From Sphingomonadales bacterium (GTDB taxonomy: Bacteria > Pseudomonadota > Alphaproteobacteria > Sphingomonadales > Sphingomonadaceae): 64,000 bases of DNA. Positions 25,805 through 36,255 of this stretch are shown in pieces. The position numbers were made by a program, and so were the translations under genes. Position 1 is the first letter of the stretch; every line of letters begins with the position of its first letter. Location: the NCBI GenBank assembly GCA_043740855.1, contig JAYUBN010000148.1, positions 7,366-71,365 on the forward strand, read 5' to 3'. The notes beneath the pieces were generated by a model, which worked only from the letters and a program-made list of their open reading frames with translations, was not told the origin of the DNA and did not search any database.

Positions 25805-28800
25805 ATGGGCTTAAGACATCTGGTTCTATTTGCAGCAAGCATTGCCGGTCCCGCCGCCGCTGGCGCTTCGGACAAGCCCCCAATCGGCGCTTCGGAAAAA
25901 CCGGCCAGCGCATCGGACAAGCCTGCAATCGGCGCACCGGCGGGCTGGATCAAGCCACAGCAGCCGGCGGCCATGTCCGGGGCACTGGATGCCGCCGCGC
26001 TTCATCTGTTGCTCAGGGACGAGCAAATCTCGTTCCACGGCGACACCAGCCGGACGTTCACGTCGACCGCCATCCAGGTGGCCAAGCCCGAGGGATTGAC
26101 CGCGCTTGGTACTTTTGCGTTGGCGTGGAAGCCGGAAACCGACCGGGTGACGGTCCATTGGCTGCGGATCAGGCGCGGTGTGTCAATCATAGACGTGCTC
26201 AATGGCGGCCAGCCGTTCACGGTGCTGCGGCGCGAGCAGAACCTTGAACGGGCAGCCATCGACGGCGTTCTGACCGCGACCATGCCGATCCCTGGCCTGG
26301 CAGTTGGCGACACCATCGAAATGGCATGGACGATCGAGCGCACCGAGCCGCTGCTGAAAGGCCATCACGACCTGGCGCTCGACGCGGGCACCGGCGGCAA
26401 TATCGCGCGACTGGGCATCGCCGCGCAGTGGGATGGCGATGACCGGATCGTCGTGCGCAGCCATAATTTGCCCGCCCGGCTCAACAGCACCCCCCGCAGC
26501 CTGGTGCTGGCTACCGATGCCGTCGAACCGCTGGTCGTGCCGCAAGGCGCGCCGGTCCGCTTCAAGCTGGGTCGGCTCATCGAGCTGAGCGATTTTCCTG
26601 ATTGGGCCTCGGTCAGCACCATTTTCGCGCCACTGTTCGGGACCGCGCGCCAGTTGCCGGCGGGCTCGCCGCTGCATGCCGAGATCGCCCGCATCCTGGC
26701 GGCATCGCCCGATCCTGCGACCCGTGCCGGGCTGGCGTTGACGCTGGTGGAGGACAACGTCCGCTACCTTTACATCGGCCTCAACGACAGCAATCTGCGG
26801 CCCGCCCCAGCCGACGACACCTGGCAGCGCCGGTTTGGCGACTGCAAGGCCAAGACCGCATTGCTGTTGGCGCTGCTCGATGGCTTGGGGATTGCCGCCG
26901 AACCGGCGCTGGTCAGCACCCGGCTGGGCGACGGCATGGATCAACGCCTGCCCAATGCCAGCCAGTTCGACCACGTCATCGTCCGCGCGGCGATTGCCGG
27001 GCAGATCTACTGGCTGGACGGCACCCGGCTGGGCGACCGGCGCCTTGCCGATCTGACGGTACCGGACTTTCACTGAGCTTTGCGGATCAAAGCCACAGGC
27101 GGCGGGCTTGAATCGCTGCTGGTCGCGCCGCAAACCGCGCCCAACATGACCCTCGACCTCCATCTCGACGCGTCGAAAGGCATCCTGACGCCGGCCCCGG
27201 CGCATGCCGAGGAAACTTTTACCGGCGATGCCGGGGTCGCCATTCACGCCACCCTGGCGGCGGTATCAAAGGGTGCGCTAGACCAGCAATTGCGCCAGTT
27301 CTGGTCGCATCAATATGATTTCATTACCCCGCAAAAGGTGGCCGAAAGCTGGGACGAAACTTCGCGCACCGAACGACTGGTTATGGACGGCAGTGCGCGG
27401 ATGGGATGGGGCGACGCCGGCAACGGCACGCGGCGGTATCAACTCGATGGCGTTCAGGTCGGCTGGCACAGCGACTTTCGGCGCCAGCCCGGCCCGGACA
27501 GCGACGCCCCCTTCGCGCTCGGCTATCCCTGGTTTTCGGAGTATCGTGAGACCGTCACGTTGCCGGGCGGCGGACGCGGCTTTTCGCTCAGCGGCGCCAA
27601 TGTCGATGAGACCCTGGCGCGCTCTGCCATTTATCGCCACGCTGAAATTGCAGGCAACCGCGTGACCATGGTCACCAGGTCGCGGCCACTGGCGGCGGAA
27701 TTGCCTTATGCCGAGGCTCAGGCCGCGAACGACAGGCTGCGCGCTTTGGCCGACGGCAGCGTCAATATCATGCTCGACAACCGGCAATATGCGACCACGC
27801 CCGACGACGCCACGGCGTTGCTGGCCACGCCTGCGCAGGCAGGAGAGGCGGGTTATCAAGCGCATCTCGACGCATATCTGGCGACCGGCGACGCCGCCAA
27901 AGGGCTGGCGGAAGCCCAGCGTTATGTCGCGGCGTTTCCGCGATCGGCATTAGCGCTGGGTGCGCGCGCGATGTTCGAAGCCGCCGTAGGGAAGGAACTG
28001 CCGGCAACGACCGACGCCGCCGCTGCTCTGGCAATCGCTGCCGACACGAACAGCGCGAAAGCCGTCACCGCGTATTACAAGCAAAAGGCGCTAGAGGCCA
28101 ACCAACAGGGGACCAGGCCCGTTTTTCTGGCCTGGATGAAATGGGGCGCAGCGCAAAACTGCGCGCGTCAGCACGATTATGCCTGCACTCGCCAGAATGC
28201 CGAGGCCGCGTTAGCCCTGCAGCCCAATCTCAGCATGGTCTATGTGCTATTGGCCAACGCCAGCAAGCCAGAGGGCCGAACCGCCAATGCCGTCGCCATC
28301 GCTGACCGAATGATAGCGACGGCCCCCAAGGACGCCGACATGCAGGCGGTGGCCGGGGTGATCTACTGCTCGGTCGGCCAGCGCGCCAAGGGCATGGCCG
28401 CTTTTGCGGCTTCGCTGGCGATCATGCCTAACATCGTTGCCTATTCAAACCGCGAACAGTTTTTGCCGCGCGGCGATCTTGCCGCGCGTAAACGCGACCT
28501 GGACGCCGTTCTGAAGCTCGAACCGGCCACCGTCGAGGACAAGCTGGCGCTGGCCCGCTGGCAAGGCGATGCGGGCGATCATATGGGGCAGATCGCGACG
28601 CTCCAGGCGGTTGCCGCCAGCCAGGCGGAGGGCGCGGAGCCCGATATCGCCCTAACCATCCAGATCGGCGCGGCCTATGCCGCTGCCGGGCAAGCGGACA
28701 AGGCGCGCGAGAATTTTGCCGAGGCACGCGGCTATGCTGCCGGTACGCGCAATTCGGGTTGGTTCAACGATTTGTGTTATTCGGCGGCCAAGGCCAATTT

Positions 28801-29098
28801 CGACCTCGCTACGGCGCTGACCGATTGCACCCGGGCGCTGGCGCTGCTGCCAAAAAACGCCGCCGTGCTCGACAGCCTGGGCTTCGTCCAGTTGCGGCTT
28901 GGACATCTCGCCGATGCGATTGCCACTTACGATCAGGTACTCGCCATCGACCCTGCCGAAAATCATTCGCTTTACGGCCGGGGCCTGGCGTATTTGCGCC
29001 ACGGCGACACAATGAAAGGGCAAGCGGACATCGCCGCCGCCCTGCAGGTGGACGCCGGCATCGCCGCCGAGTTTCGAGGCTTTGGCGTCGTTCCGTGA
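25805..29098 (+). pseudogene. DUF3857 + transglutaminase-like + TPR protein interrupted by one in-frame TGA (27074-27076)
   Basis: Signal peptide; RFGDCKAKT, FDHVIVRA, YWLDGT (Cys-His-Asp triad); frame continues DFH*ALRIK into a 672-aa TPR-containing ORF. Confidence 0.8.
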
Positions 29099-29107
29099 TG
29101 CGCTGAA

Positions 29108-29356
29108 TCAGCCGGCTGGCTTGTTGACCGCGATCAACAAGCGTTGCGCAATCATCCGGTCGACCGTTGCGGTGAAATGGCCGTCGGGCAGGAAATTGCG
29201 CGGGTCGCCGACGCTGGCAACTTCATCGCTGCGGATCACCGTGGCCCCCGCCTGTTCGAGCGCGGGGCCAACCAGACGGGCCAGTGAATCCGCGCCGCTG
29301 CCGCGATCCTGAAGCAGGATGACGAACGGTCGCTGGCCGCGCGCGCGGACTTGCCG
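29108..29356 (-). pseudogene. C-terminal fragment of SGNH-like hydrolase/acetyltransferase
   Basis: Stop-bounded frame RQVRARGQRPFVILLQD...RNFLPDGHFTATVDRMIAQRLL; DxH motif; no start or N-terminal half. Confidence 0.55.
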
Positions 29357-29512
29357 TCAATGGACCGCCCTTAGTCTAAATATTGGGCCATTCCGCCCGG
29401 CCTCAGATGGGGAGTCGGACGGCGTCGCAAAAATGCGGCCGACAACGATGGCCAGCACGACCGTGATCAGCACCACACCTTGCAGCAATTGCCAAGAAGG
29501 ATCGAGCGTTTG

Positions 29513-29890
29513 TTAAGAGGTTGCGGCAGCAGATGGCGCGCGCTCGATCGGGTCGGCCACCATCGGTGGCAAGAAGGCGACAAACAGTGCGAAATCCCAG
29601 AACCGCTGCACCGGCTCGACGCGGCCCTGCGCCGCGTCAAGCGTATAACTCAGCGACTGGAAGGTAAATAAACTGACCCCCACCGGCGGCACGACCACGG
29701 CGGTGCCGGCGATTGTCATCAACCCAAGCTGCGTCGGTGCCCAGGCCATAGCCAGAGAGCCATGCAGCACCGCCGGCCAAACGATGTTGAGAAACAGAAA
29801 GCGCGGATCCCATCCGCTCGCGGCAAAGCTTCTCCGTAATGGGCCGGCAATGTCAATGAGCGGTGGCTGCGGAGGTGATGCCGCCTGCAC
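29513..29890 (-). pseudogene. MBOAT O-acyltransferase (AlgI-like) fragment
   Basis: VPPVGVSLFTFQSLSYTLDAAQG...FWDFALFVAFLPPMVADPIERA resembles AlgI PxGISFYTFQxxSY...FFPQLxAGPI; truncated after it. Confidence 0.75.
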
Positions 29891-30001
29891 ATCAGCTCGA
29901 AATGCTGCATCGCCCCGCCATTCGTTTTACGCCCACGCAAGCGCGGTCACGAAATCCAGTCGCCGGTTGCCCAGCAAGGCGATGCCCCCTAATTGGTGGT
30001 C

Positions 30002-31210
30002 ATGGTCTCTCCGTTAAGCCCCGCCACGATTGCGCCGTTCCATGCCATCACCGTCAGCCGGCTGGCTCATCGATTGCAGGCGGCCGGACGCTCGATCATC
30101 CACATGGAATTTGGCCAGCCCTCTACCGGGGCGCCCGCCGCTGCGATTGCCGAGGCGCATCGCGTGCTCGACAGCGATGCCATGGGGTATTGGGAAAGCC
30201 CGGAACTGAAGGCCCGCATCGCCCGGCATTATGCCGAAACGGACGGCGTCACAGTCCTGCCCGAGCAGATCATACTGACCTGCGGCGCCTCCCCCGCGCT
30301 GGTGCTGGCGCTGAATACGCTGTTCGTGCCGGGCGCGCGGGTGGCGTTGGCGCGGCCGGGTTATGTGGCTTATCGCGGCACGCTGGCGGCGCTGCATATG
30401 GAGCCGGTGGAAATGGCCTGCGGTCCTGCCGAGCGCTATCAGATCACCGCCGCCGCGCTGGACCGGCTGGACCCTGCGCCCGACGGCTTGATTGTGGCCA
30501 GCCCCGCCAATCCCACTGGCACGATCATCGCCGCTGATGAACTGGCGGCGATTGCGCGGGTTTGCGCTGCGCGCAATATCCGCATCATCTCGGACGAGAT
30601 TTATCACGGCATCAGCTATGGCCAGCCCGCTGTCAGCATGTTGCGCTATGCCCCCGACGCCCTGATTATCAACAGTTTCTCCAAATATTTCAGCATGGCC
30701 GGCTGGCGGCTGGGCTGGCTGGTAGTGCCACCGGCGCTGATCGAGCCCGCGTTCGCGCGCGTCGGCAATCTTTTTCTGACGCCCCCTTCGCTTGCGCAGA
30801 AAGCGGGGCTGATCGCCTTTGATTGCCGAGACGAGCTGGAAGGCCATGTCGCCAATTATGCCGCCAACCGTGCGCTGATGCTGGCGGCACTGCCGGCTTT
30901 GGGGCTTGCGCGGATCGCCCCGCCCGATGGCGCTTTCTATATCTGGGCGGACATCGGCCATCTCACCGATGACGCCATGGCCTTCTGCATCCGGTTGCTG
31001 GAGGACACCGGCGTCGCCACTGCGCCGGGGATCGATTTCGACCCGGTGGATGGCCACCGCTTCATCCGGTTCAGCTTTGCCGCCTCCACCGATGAGCTGC
31101 GCGAGGCTCTGGCACGCATGATCCCGTGGTTTGCCCGCCAACCGCGCACCGCCATTACGACCAGCTTCGCCGGTGGCAGTTCTTCTGCGTTTAAACCTGC
31201 GTCATCATGA
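30002..31210 (+). CDS. PLP-dependent aminotransferase class I/II
   Basis: HMEFGQP, SPANPTG, ISDEIYHG, NSFSKYFSMAGWRLGW, PDGAFY. Confidence 0.93.
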   Translation: MVSPLSPATIAPFHAITVSRLAHRLQAAGRSIIHMEFGQPSTGAPAAAIAEAHRVLDSDAMGYWESPELKARIARHYAETDGVTVLPEQIILTCGASPALVLALNTLFVPGARVALARPGYVAYRGTLAALHMEPVEMACGPAERYQITAAALDRLDPAPDGLIVASPANPTGTIIAADELAAIARVCAARNIRIISDEIYHGISYGQPAVSMLRYAPDALIINSFSKYFSMAGWRLGWLVVPPALIEPAFARVGNLFLTPPSLAQKAGLIAFDCRDELEGHVANYAANRALMLAALPALGLARIAPPDGAFYIWADIGHLTDDAMAFCIRLLEDTGVATAPGIDFDPVDGHRFIRFSFAASTDELREALARMIPWFARQPRTAITTSFAGGSSSAFKPASS

Positions 31211-32171
31211 TCCGCGCGACGGAGCGCTTGCCGTCCCTGCGCTCAAGCTGGACGATGGCATCGACCACGCTCGACACGTAGTGAATAATATCTTCCCGCC
31301 GCAGACCCACACCTGATTGCAGCACGATCAGCGCCAGTTGCTCCAGCGCGCCTTCGGGGCTGTCGGCGTGGATCGTTGAAATCGAGCCGGGATGGCCGGT
31401 GTTGACGGCGCGCAAAAAACTATAGGCTTCGAGCCCGCGCAATTCGCCCAGGATGATGCGATCGGGGCGCATCCGCAGCGCCGCTTGCAACAGATCATCG
31501 GCGGTGACGCGGGCCTCGCCGAGTTCGCCTTTGACCGCGAGCAGGCTGGCGGCGTTGTCGTGGACAATATTGAGCTCGGCGGTATCCTCGATCAGGATCA
31601 GCCGTTCCTTGCGAGGGATTTCCTTCATCAGCGCATTGAGAAACGTAGTCTTGCCCGTGGAGGTGCCACCCGAAATCAGGATATTGCGCCGGCTGCGGAC
31701 AAGTTCGGCCACAAAGGCGGCGATCTGCGCTGGATCGTCGCCTTGCGGGGCATCCGCCGGGCGCGGCGCGACCGCCCCCCGGCTGTACAGCGTCCGGGCA
31801 AAGGCGCCGTCGGCGGCGTAATCTGCCAATGTGAATTCGGGCACGATATGCTTGCGGATGGCCATGGCCAGCAGGCCACGCGTCGCCGGGGGCGCCACCA
31901 CCTGGACGCGGGCCCCATCAGGCAGGGTGGCAGCGAGCAGCGGATGTTCGCGGCTGATCCCCTGATGGCTGAGATTGGCGATCTGGCGGACCAGGTTCCA
32001 CAGTCGCGCCTCGCCCAGATCGGGCATGAAATGGTGTTCGATCGCGCCGCCCATGGTCTCCACCCAGACCTCGCCGGGGCGGTTGATGAAGACATCGGTG
32101 ACTTCGGGCCGCGCCAGTACCGGCAACAGCGGTGCCAGATAGACCTCCAGATAACGGACCGCACCAGTCAT
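31191..32171 (-). CDS. virB11: VirB11 traffic ATPase
   Basis: GGTSTGKTT, IEDTAEL, LRMRPDRIILGELRG, NTGHPGSISTIHADS. Confidence 0.95.
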   Translation of the reverse strand: MTGAVRYLEVYLAPLLPVLARPEVTDVFINRPGEVWVETMGGAIEHHFMPDLGEARLWNLVRQIANLSHQGISREHPLLAATLPDGARVQVVAPPATRGLLAMAIRKHIVPEFTLADYAADGAFARTLYSRGAVAPRPADAPQGDDPAQIAAFVAELVRSRRNILISGGTSTGKTTFLNALMKEIPRKERLILIEDTAELNIVHDNAASLLAVKGELGEARVTADDLLQAALRMRPDRIILGELRGLEAYSFLRAVNTGHPGSISTIHADSPEGALEQLALIVLQSGVGLRREDIIHYVSSVVDAIVQLERRDGKRSVARIMMTQV

Positions 32172-32215
32172 CTCATCGCACCAGTCATCTCATCGCACCT
32201 GTCATCTCATCGCAC
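32161..32215. repeat. 17-bp tandem repeat x3.2 spanning virB10 stop and virB11 start
   Basis: gcaccagtcatctcatc gcaccagtcatctcatc gcacctgtcatctcatc gcac. Confidence 0.95.
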
Positions 32216-33337
32216 TAACGGCGTGCCGCTGAAATCAAGATCATGCGCGACCATCACCGCGATCTCGGCGCCCTCGCGCACCTTGACCGTCGGCGCGCGA
32301 TTGACGTTGGGGATCAGTTGCTGGCCGACACTTGCGGATTGCGCTGGCAGGCCGAGGTAAACGGTGCTGCCGCTCGACGACTTCTGCGAGGCCAGATTTA
32401 CTCCCACCGCCAGCGCCGATTGCAGCACTGCACTCGAAAAGCGCGCCAGGAAATGCGAATTGACCTGACCAGGTACGCCAGCGCCGCCCATCGTGTCCGA
32501 TACCGGCGAGCCGATGCGGATAGCCACGCCGTCGGGTCGAATCAGCCGTGTCCAGGTGATAAGGATACGGCGCATGCCGGGGCTGGGGTCCGCCCGGAAC
32601 TCGCCAAACAGCCGGCTGCCGCGTGGAACCAGCACGCGCGAGCCGTCGAAACCCCGCGCGTTCTGCGAGACGATGGCGCGCGCCAGACCGGGACGGTCCG
32701 AATCGAGCGGCGTTTCCAGCACTGCAGTGATGATCGCGCCCTGCGGGATGACCGAGGCACGATTGCGAATGAGCGTGGCACGCACGGTATCGTCCAGTTC
32801 CGCACCCGGAACCCCTGGCTCGCCACCATTGACTGCCGCGCCCGATCCAGCGGTAAGATCGACCACCAGCGCCGGACCAGCACTGCCGGCGGGTGCGCGC
32901 GGCGGCGGCGGGGCGAACGATGGCTCGGCCATGGCCTGCGGCGGCGGCGGCATCGGTTCGCGCAGCGGCGGCGGGGGGGGCATCATCGCGAGCGGGGGGG
33001 CGGGCCGCTTAAGATAGATCACCACCGGGGCGGGTGCTGGCGGCGGCGGCGGAATCTCCAGCGGCGGGGGGTTGAGCGGCAATTGCGACGAGGCACGCGC
33101 CTGGCCGTCCTGCACATCGAGCCGCGCCTGGCGCCGCGCATTCAGGAACAGGAACAAAGCCAGCGCCAGCACCACCCCCAGCACGATCAGCAGCGGCGTC
33201 GGCAGCCCCGTGCCCGGCAGAGCGACGCCAGGGCGCGGATCAGCGCCGGGATCGCGGGTTTGCTGTCGCGGATCCCGGCTTTCCTCGCGCGGATCCCCAC
33301 CTTCAGCTCGCGGATCAAAGGCGCCCGGCGCGGTCAT
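32207..33337 (-). CDS. virB10: VirB10/TrbI
   Basis: N-terminal TM, Pro-rich linker, IPQGAIITAVLET, VPRGSRLFGE, WTRLIRPDG, PTVKVREG...DLDF. Confidence 0.93.
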   Translation of the reverse strand: MTAPGAFDPRAEGGDPREESRDPRQQTRDPGADPRPGVALPGTGLPTPLLIVLGVVLALALFLFLNARRQARLDVQDGQARASSQLPLNPPPLEIPPPPPAPAPVVIYLKRPAPPLAMMPPPPPLREPMPPPPQAMAEPSFAPPPPRAPAGSAGPALVVDLTAGSGAAVNGGEPGVPGAELDDTVRATLIRNRASVIPQGAIITAVLETPLDSDRPGLARAIVSQNARGFDGSRVLVPRGSRLFGEFRADPSPGMRRILITWTRLIRPDGVAIRIGSPVSDTMGGAGVPGQVNSHFLARFSSAVLQSALAVGVNLASQKSSSGSTVYLGLPAQSASVGQQLIPNVNRAPTVKVREGAEIAVMVAHDLDFSGTPLVR

Positions 33338-34047
33338 CGCTGCGGCTGCACCCGATCGGCGCTGGCGCGCGCGCGGCCCAGCACGAACACCAGGCGGCGA
33401 TGCACGCCCTCGACCCGATAGACGCCGCCCTGCATCACGCCGTTGACCAACGCCAGATGGTCGCGCTCGTCCTGTTGATACACCGCCGGAATGGTCTGGT
33501 CGGCGGGCCAGCGGATGGCCGTGGCGGCGCCATCGTCAGTGACCGTCGCCGGCCAGATCGTCTTGTCGCCACGCAGCTTGTACCGAATTGGTGCCGGCGG
33601 CGCCACAACCGCGAGTACCGGTTCGGCAAGAGACTCGGGGTAGGTGAAGCTGACGAGATAAGGCTGCACGCCATCACCCATCATCGCGCCATGCCCGGCC
33701 CCATACAGCGTGAAATTATAGGTGCGCTGATCCGACATCACGGTAAGGTTGGTCGGCGGCGGATTGCCCAGCGGCTTGATCACCATATGGTCGGCGCGAC
33801 GATCCACGGTGACTTGCCAACCGGCGCTGTCGCCCAGCGTCACCGTTTCGACCCGCTCATCGGGCGAGAACACCACCGTTACCGCGTAGCCCGCAGCGAC
33901 GTGCAGCCCCACAACTTGCTGCGGATCGTAGGCCACGGTCTGGATATGCGCATCGCCGTCGCCGGCGCGCGGCGTGATTTCGGCGCACAGCGGCGCCGTC
34001 AGCAGCGCCAGCGCCATGCTGGCGACGATGGCAATCGGGCCGTTCAT
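33334..34047 (-). CDS. virB9: VirB9/TrbG
   Basis: Signal peptide, DAHIQTVAYDPQQVV, GDSAGW, TNLTVMSDQRTY, VTDDG; start at ATG 34047. Confidence 0.9.
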   Translation of the reverse strand: MNGPIAIVASMALALLTAPLCAEITPRAGDGDAHIQTVAYDPQQVVGLHVAAGYAVTVVFSPDERVETVTLGDSAGWQVTVDRRADHMVIKPLGNPPPTNLTVMSDQRTYNFTLYGAGHGAMMGDGVQPYLVSFTYPESLAEPVLAVVAPPAPIRYKLRGDKTIWPATVTDDGAATAIRWPADQTIPAVYQQDERDHLALVNGVMQGGVYRVEGVHRRLVFVLGRARASADRVQPQR

Positions 34048-34060
34048 CGCCCGCACCTCA

Positions 34061-34948
34061 TCACAACGTCGGGACCGCGTCAGGGCCCGCAACCTGGCCG
34101 GCCGGGCGGGGATAAACACGCCCGTCCTGGTTTTGGAAGGCGGGGATCGGCATCGCGAGGGTTCCGGGCGCCGCGTTCGGGCGCGCGATCGCAGCAGGCC
34201 CCGGCGTCAGCGGCGCTTGCTCGGGCGGCGGGGCTTCCTGATCGCGGCGATACTGCACCACTTGAAAGCCCAGCGGATTGACCAGCCGATCGGCCAACGC
34301 CATCGGCTCGCCCGAAAAGTGATAGCGCACCACCGCTGCCCAGAAAGCGCGAGGATGCGCGCCTTGACCAGCGTCATGCTGCTCGGTGTAAAAACGTACC
34401 AGCGCGGTATTGGCGCCCAGCGGCGAGACGCTTTCAACTTGCGCCTTCACCAGACTGGTGCGCGGATAGCGGCTGATCGGACTGTCCGGATTGTCGCGCG
34501 TCATTGTTCCCAGATAATCGCGCCGCGCCGCGTCCGCCGACCATAGCGCCACCTTTTGATACTGGTCAGGCAGGCTGTTGATATCGAAAGTTTCTCTGGC
34601 GACGACATATTGCGCCAGCAGCGATTGGGTCAGCGCTGCCTGCGGCTTTATGATGGGCGGATGCGCGGGGTCCAGCGCCTCGACGAAGCCGGTATTACGG
34701 TCGACCAGCAGGGTATAGGGGACGACGGTCTTGAGCGGGGCCAGCGCGATCAGCGCCAGCGCCTCCAGCGCGGCAATCACTACCGCGACCCCCGCCAATG
34801 CCCACGCCAGTCGCCGCGAGCGATCGAGCGCGGCCTGGCGATCCTGCGCCCAGCTGCGCGCCTGGGCATAATAGGCCTGATGCGGGCTGGCGTCATCGCC
34901 CGGCGCGATATCCGTCTCCCCTGCAAAAGTCGTGTCGCCTGCGCTCAT
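34061..34948 (-). CDS. virB8: VirB8
   Basis: Single TM, PLKTVVPYTLLVDRNTG, YVVARE, NPLGFQVVQY. Confidence 0.93.
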   Translation of the reverse strand: MSAGDTTFAGETDIAPGDDASPHQAYYAQARSWAQDRQAALDRSRRLAWALAGVAVVIAALEALALIALAPLKTVVPYTLLVDRNTGFVEALDPAHPPIIKPQAALTQSLLAQYVVARETFDINSLPDQYQKVALWSADAARRDYLGTMTRDNPDSPISRYPRTSLVKAQVESVSPLGANTALVRFYTEQHDAGQGAHPRAFWAAVVRYHFSGEPMALADRLVNPLGFQVVQYRRDQEAPPPEQAPLTPGPAAIARPNAAPGTLAMPIPAFQNQDGRVYPRPAGQVAGPDAVPTL

Positions 34949-36255
34949 TGTCCCGTCTCCATGCGACCGGCGTCGCGTCGCCCGGCCGACGGCGACATCC
35001 GCTGGGCTGTGCGTCTGCCGGATTGCCCCAGCGGCAGCGGCACCATGACCACTTGCGACAGCCGCGCGGCCGGTTCACGCGGGGCAATCGCGGGCACTGT
35101 CGACGCAGTACCTCCGCCCGTTCGCGCGTCGCGCCGCTCGATCGCGCGGGCAGCGTCAGCGACCTGCTCGGCCCGGCTGCGCTCTCCCCGCTGTTGCATC
35201 TGCGAGCCCGATCCGGCCCAGGCTTGACCAGCCGAAGACGCCACATCACGCGGCGCCAAGACCTGCTCGACATGGCTCCGCAGCGCCGTCGGCAAGCGAA
35301 ACGCCGCGGTGGTGCGCGCCAAGGCAATCAACGCCGCCAGCATGATTACGGCAAAGCAGCCGCATGTCGCCAGCATGTTCTGCGGCAACTGCCCGGCGGG
35401 TTGGCCTTGATCCAGCACATCGCGCAATGCCTGCACTTGCGGCTCGATGACCGCCAGTTCTAGCGCAATGACCAGCGCCGCCGCCACGCCGGCCAGCGTC
35501 GCGCCCGCCAGCACCCGGACCCAGCCGACAAACAGCCCGCGCGTCGAATCGAACAGCAGGCAGGCGATGAACAATGGCCCCAACGCCAACAGTAATGCCG
35601 TTATCACATGCACTGACAGCGTCCCCGCCAACGCCGCGCCGACCAGCAGGCGGTCGGCGGAAAGCAGCGCCGCGCGCGCCTCGACCGTGGGCGCGGCAGG
35701 GCTGGTCGGTCCACTAGCGGCCGGCGATGGCAAGAGCGCCGGCGGAGTCTGCAGCGCAGGGGTTTGGCCCACGACAGGCGCAGCCGGGTTGCCTGGCGCA
35801 ATCGCGGCCGCGTCTACCAATGGCACCAACTGACGGGCCAAATCACCCAGCGCGGCGTGAACGCCTTGCACCCGATCGATCAATCGCCCCGGAGCATCGC
35901 CGCCAACCCCGCCGGGCGCCAGCACGCGTGATGCAAGATCGGCCGGGCCGCCGGTGACCACATCGTAGACCAGCGGCTGATAGGCCGCCCATTGCGTCGC
36001 CAGGCTCAGCACAAATCCCAGCCGGATCGCCGACATGACCCCTTCGCGGATCGTGATCTGACCGCCCAGCAACAAGCGATAGCCGATCAGCGCGACATAG
36101 ATCGTCAGCAGCCCCGACAAGGCCATGCCGAACCCGGTCGACGGCCCCAGCGCGCGATAACCATCCACGCCAAGCGCCAGGCTGTGGCAATCGACAAAGC
36201 TGACGACCTGACTGACGTAAGGCCCGGTCGGATCGAAGGCAGGGCAATTCGCCAT
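34945..36255 (-). CDS. virB6: VirB6/TrbL
   Basis: LTIYVALIGY, LALGPLFIACLLFDSTRGLFVGW; polytopic; ATG overlaps virB4 stop (TGATG). Confidence 0.9.
   Translation of the reverse strand: MANCPAFDPTGPYVSQVVSFVDCHSLALGVDGYRALGPSTGFGMALSGLLTIYVALIGYRLLLGGQITIREGVMSAIRLGFVLSLATQWAAYQPLVYDVVTGGPADLASRVLAPGGVGGDAPGRLIDRVQGVHAALGDLARQLVPLVDAAAIAPGNPAAPVVGQTPALQTPPALLPSPAASGPTSPAAPTVEARAALLSADRLLVGAALAGTLSVHVITALLLALGPLFIACLLFDSTRGLFVGWVRVLAGATLAGVAAALVIALELAVIEPQVQALRDVLDQGQPAGQLPQNMLATCGCFAVIMLAALIALARTTAAFRLPTALRSHVEQVLAPRDVASSAGQAWAGSGSQMQQRGERSRAEQVADAARAIERRDARTGGGTASTVPAIAPREPAARLSQVVMVPLPLGQSGRRTAQRMSPSAGRRDAGRMETGQ

Noticed and set aside
27074-27076. Selenocysteine recoding of the TGA
   Set aside because: Position is far from the catalytic Cys, context suggests Trp, and no SECIS-like hairpin was recognised
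31191-31210. 20-bp convergent overlap of aminotransferase and virB11
   Set aside because: Short tail-to-tail overlaps are common; at most a hint of a past junction
32161-32215. CRISPR-like array
   Set aside because: 17-bp units are contiguous with no spacers, and no cas genes are present
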